NCBI GenBank assembly: GCA_020891255.1
Contig: BQFW01000014.1
Span: forward strand, 1,054,001-1,118,000
Source of the DNA: Entomortierella parvispora E1425
Lineage: Eukaryota > Fungi > Mortierellomycota
Reading direction: 5' to 3'
DNA length: 64,000 nucleotides
The translations under genes and the position numbers were made by a program. The notes under the pieces were generated by a model. That model did not search any database. It was given only the letters and a program-made list of their open reading frames with translations, and had not been told where the DNA came from. Below are positions 12,936 to 24,243 of this stretch, piece after piece. Positions within the stretch are counted from its first letter, which is position 1; each line of letters starts with the position of its first letter.

Positions 12936-14382
12936 TCAAGCTGCGGGTGACAGTGAGAGGTAAATGAGCAAAAGGTTAGTCGAGCGACAAAGGCGGGTCA
13001 GGAAGGAGCTGCAGTGCGGGTGAGGTGATGAGGATGGTCAAGCAAAAGAAAAAAAGGGGGGCACGAAGAGATGGAGCGAGTGTGCGTGGTGTATGTATGT
13101 ATATGTCGTGTATGTGTATGTGTATGAGTATGTGTACGTCTTTGCCAGATTGCAAGATGCGCGAGGTGACAGAAAAGAAAGCAGGAGTGCGAGGGGTTGG
13201 CCATGCAGAGCGCTTGGTTGGTTGGCTGTTCACAAGGGTCGAGAATATGAGAGAAAAGAAAAAAAAAAGGGCGCGAGCTCGTCGGTCGAATCTGAAAGCT
13301 GGGTTTTGCGTCTGGCTTGGTTGTGATTGCATTTGTTTGTTTGCTTGATTGAGTGATTGATTGTTTGCTGACTCTCACTCTCTGGGTGTGTTGCATGGGT
13401 TGAGTCGAAGGTGTAGGATGCAACGGTGATGAGCAGACGGTCTTACCAAAGGGAGAGTCGGCCAGAGAGATGGCCTTGGCGTGGGAAGGGGATGGGGAGA
13501 ATGAGGGAGGTGAGGGAGGGATGAGGAAAGGAGGAGGGAGCAGAGACGGGAGAAAAGAGAAAAAGAGGGAAGAAAGGAAAGAGATGCAATGGGATGAACA
13601 ACAGAAAGGGAACAAAGGAAAAAGAGAACGAGAAAGAAATTGAAATTGAAATTGGACGAAAAAAACCCCGTCCGTGGGTGGTGCAACCATACCGTAGGCG
13701 AGGTACCGCTTGGTCTGCCAACATCCAATGAGCGACCCCTGGCCGGCGCCTGTTGTTCCCTCTCCTCACTGTCCCGGGGCCCCCTTCTCTCTTGTGTCTT
13801 TGTACTCCCCTTGCCATCCCAACCATTCCTCCAACTCCTTCACTCGCGCTACGAGTCCGGGCAAAAGGCCCACAGCGCCATTCATGCGAACGAGACGCCA
13901 CAGAAGCACCCAGGCGGAACAAAGAAAAAAAAAAAAAAAAAAAAGACCGCGGCAAACATCTGTGCCCGCCTGACCTCTTTTCTTCTTTGCCGACATCGAT
14001 CCTCTCTTGTCTGTGCCATGCATGCAAACAAATAAAAATCAAATTGCAACCTTGTAGAACGCACACGCCTCTCCTCTCGCCCATCTCTCGAGTGTGCGTG
14101 TGCTCGGGGTCATTCAGATGGTGGGATCAGCCGCCCTGTCATCGATTTTGTGTCCACACTCTTTTTCTCTCCAAGCACTGTCGCACCCTTGTATCCATCG
14201 CGTGCACCTCTACCCAAAACTATGGTAAACCTTCGGAAAGCAGGGACCAGGATCCGGAGCCTTCACTGGCAAAAGAAGCTCTTTTTTGTATGCAAAATTG
14301 TGTATATTGTGAATTGCGTAAACAGGGTTTCTCATAGATGGCAGCATGTCAACCTTCGATTTCTTTTTTCTTTTTTTGGTGT

Positions 14383-16450
14383 TCAAGAAGAACCGTCCGA
14401 CTCGACATCCGATTCGGCTGGAGCTGCGCTGCCCTGTCCACGCTGAATGATTGCGCCTTCAGGAATGGCACCTTCCTTATTCAGGTACTTGAAGTTGTAG
14501 CGGTCTGCGTGTCCATCCAGAATCTGGAGGTACTCGTCAAATCGGTTGAATTCCAGCTCCTCCTTAATAATACCGTCGTAAATGAACTTTTCCTTGAATG
14601 CGTCCATCTCCTCAGTGTAGGGATCAAAGTCCAGAGGTTGGTGAGTCGCTGCTACCTTACGGTTATAGGTCAAGAATTGAGGCTATTGCACCAATTTGGA
14701 AGGAGGTAAGAAAGGTTGATTTGCATTAGTCTTGGGCGTTAGCACTGGTCCATCCTACGTCAACGAGAAAGAACAAACAGTGAGATATAAACTAAATGAT
14801 GCAAGCCTTACTCTCTCCAACAAAAGGCCCAGACTGGGCGCCTTGGGGATGTTAATCTGGTTTGCCTTGAAGGTCTCAGGGATCAAGTTGACAGGCGTCT
14901 CTGTGCGAATCATCATCACAACAAGACCGACCATCTTGCGGATCTGGTGAAGCATGAACGACTGGCCGTGCACCTTCAAACTAAGCCATTCTGTGCCTTG
15001 GATCATCTTGGGGTCGCTTGCCTGGAAGGATCAATTGATTCCACGATTAGCATACTGCGGCAAAGACCATTCCAGACCCTCCGGCATTTCTATAACAGAA
15101 TCCAGTTGGATAATTAAGCAAGCAGCTCTTACCTTGAAAGTCATCATGTATCTGTTACAAGCACGATCGTTGAATTTCTTTCCAATGGTAAAGTTGTGGA
15201 AGTTGTGGGTTCCTTCATAGGCCTGGAAAGCTTCACGGACCTTGGCCAACGTGGCCTCGTCAATGCGGTACTTTCGCTTCTCAGCCATTTCTTCTGGTGT
15301 CGAGATCTTCACGTTTTCATCCCAGGCCATGCTGCCTTCAGGAGCGTCCCTGAGAACTGTTGTCGTAGGCGCCTCTCCCTCTGGGCGCTCTGGAAGGGGA
15401 GGTCTAGGAAGGAAAACGTAGGTTGGCAACAAGTATTCGTAAACTCTTGAATCGCACAGAGTCTTGGCATTGAACGAGTTCATAGTGCGAACATAGCCAA
15501 AGAGGCGGATCTGCTCTGGAAGGTTGTCGTTGATCTTGGTGATGACATCGGGGTCCTCAACAATCATCTTGAGCGACACAACATTTCCCGCTGCATGGAC
15601 TCCCTTGTCCGTTCTTGCTGAGCGCATCATGCTGACCTGTGGGTATTCAAGCACAGTCCGGTTAATCTCTAGTAAGAACAATTGAGGTCGCTGTTTTCCA
15701 ACTTCCTGGACCATACCTTCTTGATGTCGTCTGCGTTGTCCTTGGACACAGCTCCTGCAGCAATCATTGCCTTGAACAGATCGCCCTCAATTGTCTTTGC
15801 GTTTGGATTACTAGTGGTGCATTCAATATTGGAGTTTGCAGTTAGCGCCACCATCACTTCCAGTGACTGAAGGACAAAAGGCACTCATCTCTGATCGAGT
15901 TCGCTTACACCTGCATGCCCTGGTATCCAGTGCCACAGTATCCCATAAGAAGAGCAATCTTTCTCTTGGGAATACGAGCCTCCTTGTTTTCATCGTTGTC
16001 CTGAGCAGCAGTGCTGTCTTCGCCGGCGGCGGCCTTTGCGGCTGCAGCGGCGGCATCCTGAGCATTGCGAGATTGGCTTCCCCAGCCGTCTGTCCGCTTT
16101 CCCTTGTAGTTGTCCGCACCGCGGATGTTGCCTCTGACCTTGCTGCGTTTTGTTCCCATGTAGGCAGCAGTATCTTCCTTCTCGATCTGGGGTCTGTGCT
16201 TCTTGGCAGCCGATTCACCGCTCTCAGTTTGTCCCTCAGGAGCGGATGAAGCAGGCTCTTCAACTGCTTCAGAGGCAGGTCTCTTGACGGGCTCGCTCTC
16301 GGCCACGGAAGGGGCAGGCGTGGTCATGGTGATGTCGTTGGATGGAGGAGGAGAAGCCATGGTGGGAAAACGCGAGGTCGTAATTAGTCTTGTGAGTCGA
16401 GGGGCAGAGAGCGAAGGAATGAATGCAGAAAGAAGACGAGAAACGGCCAT
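14383..16450 (-). CDS. PUS1: tRNA pseudouridine synthase 1 (TruA family) with two in-frame ATGs (16450, 16360)
   Basis: KRKIALLMGYCGTGYQGMQ; RSARTDKGVHAAGN catalytic motif; YEGTHNFHNFT; VHGQSFMLHQIRKMVG; IPKAPSLGLLLE. Confidence 0.96.
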
Positions 16451-16685
16451 GAAGGAGAGTTGATTGTCTCGTAAGAACCTTGCGAACACCACCAAATGGC
16501 AACGGTGACTGTTATTCAAGAAGACTTGTTATGATTTTTTTTTCTTTTCTGTTGCATGGCAACCAAGGAGAGATCAAACGACGGGAAGAAGAGTTTTTTT
16601 TGAAGTGGATTTTTGTTTATTGTCTTTTGGATTTATCATTGAAACACACTGCTATCAACTGAAACGAAAGAACCTACTAGGGAGA

Positions 16686-16917
16686 CTGGAAGGGGAAAAA
16701 GAGGTTAGATTTCTTTTCTCGTCTGAATCAATTGTTGAACATTAACATTTTGAAAGTGGGCGAATGGAGCAGATCAGAAAGTTTAGAAAATTGGTTGTCT
16801 TCCTGTAGCGGGGTCTTACTTCCGCCTCATAAACACGGACCAAACAAATATTCATCATATTGCTCATTGCCTCACTTTGCACCAAGGGTAGAAGAAGAAA
16901 GGACTCAAAAAACTTAC
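16686..16917 (-). other. Non-coding spliceosomal intron hosting the snoRNA
   Basis: GTAAGT donor at 16917; CTAAC branch point; TTTTTCCCCTTCCAG acceptor ending at 16686; no coding exon flanks it. Confidence 0.75.
16767..16865 (-). ncRNA. Box C/D snoRNA, U18/snR18-like (guide for LSU rRNA 2'-O-methylation, yeast Am649-equivalent)
   Basis: Terminal stem GAGCA/TGCTC; C box ATGATGA (16858-16852); D' ATGA (16830-16827) preceded by a 13-nt guide TTGGTCCGTGTTT complementary to the conserved LSU rRNA sequence AAACACGGACCAA; D box CTGA (16777-16774). Confidence 0.85.
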
Positions 16918-17022
16918 TTGTGATGACTTTTGTCAAGAGGGAGGAAGGAAGAAGGAAAGGGACAGTGCAAGAAGGACGCGGTTTCGCTTCTTTTTTATTG
17001 GACAAAAAAAGGTCACGTGCAC

Positions 17023-18224
17023 CTACTTTTTTGGTGGCGCAAGAAATCGATTCCCTCGGATGGTTTTTGGGACGATGCGGAAAGTGAGTGATATCCGCGT
17101 GTCTCGTTGAAGAGGAGATATAGGAGCAGGATTATTGGGTGGGAACGCGCGATCCAGGTTCAAGATATTGCCCTCTGTGAGGTTATCTGAGTGCACCTCG
17201 CGGATACCATGCATGTAATGGTTGTAGACATCTTCTTTGAGAACAAGTAACGACCGCGGTTGAACCAAAATTGAAAACTCGGGTTCTTGGTTTTTTCTAT
17301 CCTCGGACAGATCCGAAAATTTGAAGAACTCCAGAACACAGTGAGAAGATAGCGAGACTGTGGCAACTGTGGGATGGTATGCTGGTCCATCCTTGTGCGG
17401 GAGGATACCCTGTCCTGGCAGGTATTCATTGATGAGACAGTGGTTTGGATCTTTGTGAATCGGATCCAGGCCTTCAAATACTTCCAGCTCACGAAACCTA
17501 GGGTTGAAGGAAGTCAGCCAGGGGGGCAACGGCTCGGCGACCATTGCGTTGTTCACCACCACGCCACCTAGAAGGGATAAAATAAGAGGCTAGGAATCAG
17601 TTGATAGGTCCTGTATCTCGCCATCGATCTAAGGTCGGTAACGGAAATGATCATCATATGAAGGTCGCATGGTCCTTCCCATATGTTGTGTTGTATTTCA
17701 CGTCCTTTCGAGAGCTCATTGTCTGGGCTCCATGGTTGCTCCAACCATTGGCCAGTTAGTAACAAATATTAGCAATCAAACTCATACCCCAGTTCTGTAG
17801 TCTAACATGTGGGAGGATTGTGGAAAGTTAGTTCTTGGAGAACAATGTAGGCCCCAGGGGGGTCACTTTGAGGTGAAAAGATCGGCCGCCCTGGCTGCGA
17901 AAAAAAGGCTCACCTTCGGTTCTTGAGGTGGACCCACTTTGGCTTTGGTGCGGAAAGGACCTGCATACGGATATCATAGACAAAGATGAGATTCTACTCC
18001 TTGAGAGGGAGGTTTTTTGCTGCAATAAAAGTGTCTCCATTCAGTTTCTCCCATCAGTTCATTCATGCACGATGGATCCATGTCGTTTCAGCACTGAAGT
18101 GCCCGTGGATACCTACCTTGTTGATCAAGTTTTGCTCCTCTTCTGAAGAAATGAAGTCTGGAATGTAGTAGACGCTGGCAGGAGCATTGGGCAGGCGGCC
18201 CTTGGTGATGGTGTCTCGTGTCAT
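17023..18224 (-). CDS. ALKBH6: AlkB homolog 6 (Fe(II)/2OG dioxygenase), includes a 14-nt microexon
   Basis: [66 protein letters not shown] (HxD); HYMHGI; RISLTFR. Confidence 0.93.
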
Positions 18225-18670
18225 GATGGGATCAGGTGTGCAAGATGGATGGATGTCAGCGCAAGAGAAACCGTGTGTTCAAGAACGCAGAGTGGTCTGT
18301 GGTTTCGTTGATGTTGGTTGGGTGTGAGCGCGCGCGCGACATTTTTTTTTTTCTTTCTGCCGTTCTGGTGGGTGCAGTGTGCAGCGTGCAGCGTGCAGAA
18401 TGCAGTGCGAGGTGAGGTGTGAGGTGTGAGGTGTGCGAATGGCTCTGCCGTCTCTCCTTTCCCCCTGCTCAAGAGTCTGGAGCGCTGATCAGAGCAGGCG
18501 GAGACCGGCGCCCTTCTCGCACGCATCCTCTCGGCTCGCGGGCCGTGTTCTGACGCAGCCGAGTCAAGCGACACTGGCAGACGGTGGACGGCCAGTTCGA
18601 CCCTTGCCGTTTCCCGACAGCCCTTGCCATGTGGTGGTTCATTTTGTTGTGTGCTGTCTGCGCACTGTGG

Positions 18671-18737
18671 CTGTCTGTCTGTCTGTCTGTCTGCCTGCCT
18701 GTCTGTCTGTCTGCCTGTCTGTCTGTCTGCCTGTCTG
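18671..18737 (+). repeat. (CTGT/CTGC)n compound microsatellite in the ALKBH6/OSH3 divergent region
   Basis: Read directly from the sequence. Confidence 0.9.
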
Positions 18738-19363
18738 ACACCGCGGATGTCTGTCGGTGTCAGTCGAGGTCACTCAGCCAGCAAGCCAGCCAGCCAGTCT
18801 GTCAGTCGATCAGCCTGCAGGCAAGTAGTCAAGTACAGTAGACAAAACATCAGCCTGCCACTGCTCGGTCGATCTGTTTGGGACAATGGTTGATCTGTGA
18901 GTGCTCTCTTGAAGTCGCTCTGTCTTCTTTACGCTTTCGACCAACGTGAAAATTGGCGCCAGCAGCAAAGTGAAAGAGGACAATACATGTACGAAAGGGC
19001 ACGGGTAAAAATAACTCGCCAGGACACACCCTCTGCTGGCCACCGCCACGGGCATGCCACAAGCGAGTGAACCAGACGAGAGCAATCAGAACGAGAAACG
19101 AGAACGAGAGAGAAGACGAAAAAAAGAGAGCGCCTCTCTTCATAATCAGCATCATTGCTGCAACGCACGCAACAACCTAAAGTCGCCGTGCCTGTGCCTG
19201 TCTGTCCGTCTGGCCGTCCGTGCCACTTTACCCTTCCTTCCCTTTTTTTCCTCCTTGTCTCCCTCTCCCTCTTCTTTCTCATCTTCTTTCTTCCATCATC
19301 CTCTTTCCTCTCATTCCTCATTCCCCCTTCATTCTTTCCTTCCATCCACCCTCTCTCCCCGCC

Positions 19364-22300
19364 ATGCAAGAGATCGAGGTCCCGGCTAGGGATGTGTTTC
19401 AGCACTATGTCCATGTCGACAACCCCGAGAACAAGGCCCTCGTCTGGTGGTTCTCTACAAAGAAGAAGAACATCTCTTTTGGACTCTTCTTTCGCAAGTC
19501 GGCTGCTTGCCCCCCTCAGCTAAAGTCCAACACCCTGGCGCCTTCTATCACCACCTCGGGAAGTGGACCCTCTCCCACAAGACCAGAATCGATCTCCTCG
19601 CGTCATACATCGAATCAGCCAATGTACACTGGATCCAACGTGCTGTCAACCTCTCCAACAAAGTCGAGCCGTGCCAGCAACTACGCTTCCAGCAGGGCCT
19701 CCATCGACAGTGCCAGCGAGGATGAGGATGATGACCATGGGCTAGAGTTGGCTAGTGTGTTGGGAACGAACCAACACAACCCAAGCCAGTCATCCCTTCC
19801 ATCATCTTCGCAGCCTTCCTCGAGAAGGAAGAAGACAGTTGCAAAGTTCAAGGATCCGGATCTGATTGAGATCTTGCCTATCCAGCACTATGATTCTGCT
19901 TCTGCGACGATCCGTGGCGAATTCACCATCAAAGAAGAGGGCAGCTACGTCCTGGTTTTTGGTAAGGGAGGGAGGAAAACAAAAATGGACTCTGAACTGA
20001 TTGGTCGACGGATATTAACCACCACGCGTGCTGGTCCGGTTCCTGAAATTCTGCACTTTAGACAATTCGTTCTCAATCCACACGTCAAAGAGGTTGACCT
20101 TCTTTGTTGCCTTGGAGGAGCGTAGCACTAAGCCAATCTCGAGCCCTACCTCCGAGATGTCGGGTTGGCTGTTGAAGAAGAAGCGCAAGAGAATGCAAGG
20201 TAAGATTGTCTAATGTATGAGTGGAGTCTTTTTTGTTGTAAATCATTGTTCTTGACTAATAAGTTTATGTTGTTTTCTCCCAATCCATCCAGGTTGGGCA
20301 AGGCGATGGTTCCAGATCGACAACGGTATCCTCTCCTATTACAAGACACCTGACAGTCCTTGCCGTGGCAAGGTCCATCTTGTGATCTCGTCCGTGACTT
20401 TCAGTCAGAATTCTCGCATGATCTTTATCGACTCTGGGACTATGCTCTATCATCTCAGGGCCCTGACTGCAGATGATTACAATGCTTGGACATCAATCAT
20501 CAAGGCCTTCAAGGCCACGGAGCAAAGAAACGCTTACGATACAGTTCATCGCATGACTACCCGAGATTCAACCCAAAAGCGAGCTCATCTCCGCAACAGC
20601 TGGATCTCCAACGGTACAACGGAAATTGATCAGCTTAAGCAGATCATGTCAACCATGGATGAAGGGTTCGCAGACATTAAGGAACAACTTGAGTCGATTC
20701 GGACCCAGACGTCAGAGGTTGGTTCTCCTTCCAGCGGTGGATCCTCTCAATCAGCACGTAGTCCTCATGCCCGCGAGAGACAGGGGTCTGTAGATAGCTC
20801 ACCTGCCAACAGTGGCGGAAGCAGTAATGGCGGCAAGTTTAGGATGAAGTTTGGTATCCCCTCCCTCCAGCGCAGTAAGTGTTTTGATTATTTTTGTACT
20901 TTGAATGCAACCTGTGCCTTCTTGAGCACAAAAAAAAAGTATCTCGGTACACGTATTATTTGACTGACACGAGCGTGTAAACTCCAATTCATATAGCTAC
21001 AAGCGATGGCAGTATTCTCTCGACACAGTCCTCTATCGAGAACATTCATGCAAGACTCCAAGCTTCCTTTTTGAAGCTCAAGTCAGACAAGGAGAAGGCT
21101 TTTGAGATCATGAGGTCCGAGATGGAGAAATGGGAAAAGAACGAGAAGCAGTTCCGTCTTTTGTTGGCCGAAGGTGACAGGAACGTGTCGTCCACCTCCC
21201 TCTCGCGAACGATTGTCGCAGGCGACAAATCGACGCTATCGAGACAAGCGATGGAAGAAGCCTATATCGCTCACACACGCACGTCCATGAACTCTGATCG
21301 GACAAACTCGTTCACTTCCTCGGTCACTGGCTCTGATATTTTTTACGATGCGGACGATGCTATTTTGACCGCCGACCTGTCTTCTGCAGATCTGTCTGAT
21401 CTGGAGGGTGTCGGATTTGATGATCAAGGGGATGATATGGACGACAACTCGAGCGATGATGAGTCGGCCGAAGAAATGGCCCACCAGAAAGAAGAATCGG
21501 TTGCGGAACAACGACAGCCTGCAGCTCCACAAGAGACCAAAGCCGAGGAGCCAATTGTCCGCCGATCTGTTCTTCCAGCGCCTGTTTCGGGCGAGGATAT
21601 TTCCTTGCTTTCCATCTTGCGCAAGAACGTGGGCAAGGATTTGTCTACCGTTGCTATGCCTGTGTCATTGAACGAACCCATCAATGTGTTGCAGCGTCTG
21701 TGTGAAGAACTTGAGTACAGTGAGCTTTTGGATAAGGCCGCCGGATTGGAGGACTCTCTGGATAGACTGGTCTATGTGGCCGCCTTTGCTGTCAGTGGAT
21801 ACGCAACGACTCAATGGCGTGCGGCCCGAAAGCCCTTCAACCCCCTCCACGGAGAGACTTTTGAATTCGATTGCCCAGAGAAGGGATTCAAGTTCATTTC
21901 TGAAAAAGTCAGCCATTACCCTCCCGTCATGGCAGTAAGTTGGATCTTCACACAATCGCTGTACGAAAGGGAGACAAGTAGTTGAATTCAACTAACAATT
22001 GTATGATATATTCTTGATCTTATAGTGCCACGCCGATTCAGTCCACAACTGGAGCTTGTCTATGGATTCTCGCGCAAAAACAAAGTTCTGGGGCAAGTCC
22101 ATGGTAAGCTGCTCTGCTTTTTCTTGAAAGCCCCTTACTTGATCCGCCTGCACTCTTGATTCTTACACCCGGCCGTTGTATATTTTTATCCCGCTCTTTA
22201 TAGGAATTGATTCCCAATGGCACGATGCATATCCGTTTCAGCAAGTCTGGAGACCATTATACCATCATCAAGCCCTCGACCTGGATGCGTAACCTCATGG

Positions 22301-22899
22301 CCGGAACTAAATACCTCGAGCATACAGGAGAACTCAAGGTCATCAACCATACGACCCGTGAAAGCTGTGTCCTCACCTTTAAGGAATCTAGTTTCTTTGC
22401 TGGAACTAAACACGAGGTCATCGGCCAAGTCTTGACTGCGAATGGAGTCAAGAAGAGAACCCTCCAGGGACGTTGGAGTGAATCCTTGATGGAGGAGGTT
22501 GCTCCCAACAAATTGGAGCGACTCTGGAAGTGCAACACCCCTCCTCCAAACCATGACAAGTACTATGGTTTCACAGAATTCACCATCCACTTGAATGAGT
22601 TGACCAAGGGCTTGGAGGCCAAGTTGCCAAGGACCGATACCCGTTTCCGACCCGATCAATCCCTCTTTGAACATGGTCAAGTGGAGGAGGCCGACCAGGA
22701 GAAGCTGCGCGTGGAACAGAGACAGAGAGAGTTGAGAAAGGCCATGGAGACCCGAGGCGAGAAGTGGGAGGTCCGCTGGTTCGAAAAGAGGGTTGATCCT
22801 CAGACCGAGGATCCCGAGGGCCAGACCTGGTTCTACAAGGGCGGATACTGGGAAGCAAGAGAGACGGGCGAGTGGAACGAAAAGGTTGCACTTTGGTAG
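19364..22899 (+). CDS. OSH3: Oxysterol-binding protein Osh3-like (GOLD + PH + ORD domains)
   Basis: [15 protein letters not shown] (GOLD); [19 protein letters not shown] (PH); FFAT-like IFYDADD; [41 protein letters not shown] (ORD). Confidence 0.93.
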
Positions 22900-22913
22900 A
22901 TATCTGTCTCTTT

Positions 22914-22968
22914 GTCCCTTTCGTCCCTTTTGTCCCTTTCGTCCCTTTTGTCCCTTTCGTCCCTTTCC
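22914..22968 (+). repeat. Tandem GTCCCTTT(C/TT) 9-10-mer, about 6 copies, in the OSH3 3' UTR
   Basis: Read directly from the sequence. Confidence 0.85.
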
Positions 22969-23749
22969 GTAGTTCTATTATTGTTGTCCAATAAAAGCAT
23001 CCAGTCTACGTACTTTTGATTGGCATTGAGCTAGTCGACTTTCATCGACCTTCAAACTGAAGTTGTTGGCTACGAGCGAGTGCGCATGCTGTTCATTATC
23101 CCCCTTCCTTCCTCTTTTTCACTAGCACAAGAGTTCAGCGTCCTTCACAAACGTTTTTCACCCTTTCATCGTCAAATATTGGCCTTTATTCTTGAAAGTG
23201 GTATACAGCTAATATCAATATTCGAAGGTGCCAATCTGAAGGTGTAGTTTGAATATCGCACTCAAAAAAAATGTACTTTTGACTCTTGCAGCCCATCATG
23301 TAGCCAAGGTTGCCGTTCTCCGTCCAAAGTTAAAAGCTGGAAGTTTCGCTTGAGGCGGCCTGAAGGTAGGACGGTACTGGAAGGTGGCAAGAAGCTCGAA
23401 AGGAGTTCTTCTCTTCCCTGAATCCTGTATTTAACTGTTCCACAAATGGCATTCGTTTGTGCTTCCCGAGTGCTTCACTGAAGCTGGTCTACAAACAATC
23501 CTGCTCTACTGAAAAAAACACAACCTCCTGGAAAGTCCCTTCTTTTTTTTTTTTTTTTTTTTGCTGTCACCCTTGCGATGAAATCCGACATTTGATTGAG
23601 ATCTGCATGGCGCCACGGAAATTCTTGTAAAACACGCGTGCAGAAGACGCGCTTCTCTCTCTGAACCGCTTCATTTTTAGGTTCTTAGAGTAACGCCCCC
23701 TGCCTACCACACATACCCCACTATCCCTCGAAGGACCCAGACCAGAAAG

Positions 23750-23753
<4 letters not shown>

Positions 23754-23786
<33 letters not shown>
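23754..23786 (+). repeat. (GA)n microsatellite
   Basis: About 16 GA units read directly. Confidence 0.9.
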
Positions 23787-23790
<4 letters not shown>

Positions 23791-24243
23791 CAAGCATGTT
23801 CAAACATAGACAGGCACGCTCCAGACCAGACGGGCTGTTCCCTTTCATTCAGCTCATTGGCCCCGTCCTCATTCGCGGCCAAGTTCAAGACATTGACCCC
23901 CGAGCCCTCCGAGAAATTTCGCGACTGCTCCACAGCGGTCTGCATGCAAGGCCTTGGCTCCGTTGGTCCTTCTTCCTTTTCTTTCGTCTAGTAGCATGTG
24001 TGGTGTGTGGGGGGCCGTTTCTGTGGGCGCCAAGGGTATAACGGCTGGTTAGGAGTCAGGGCCCACGCTCTACAGTCACTTCCTTTGATACCTCACCTTG
24101 GGCGAAAGTGCAGAGCGGTGACTAGATAGCTGGGTTGGGTTAGGGCACAGGATCTTCCTCTCTTGAAGTCTTCAAATATATTCATTGCAGAAGCCCTCTG
24201 CCACCAAACAGCATGCTTTAAAATGCGTGTCTATGCTTTATTT

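Noticed and set aside
17596-17660. ATGATGA...CTGA pair in ALKBH6 intron 3 suggesting a second snoRNA
   Set aside because: No terminal stem, the CTGA coincides with the branch point, and there is at most about 8 nt of rRNA complementarity.
23830-23930. PVLI...IDPRAL resembling a gypsy RT motif
   Set aside because: The spacing is wrong and no other RT motifs or LTRs are present.
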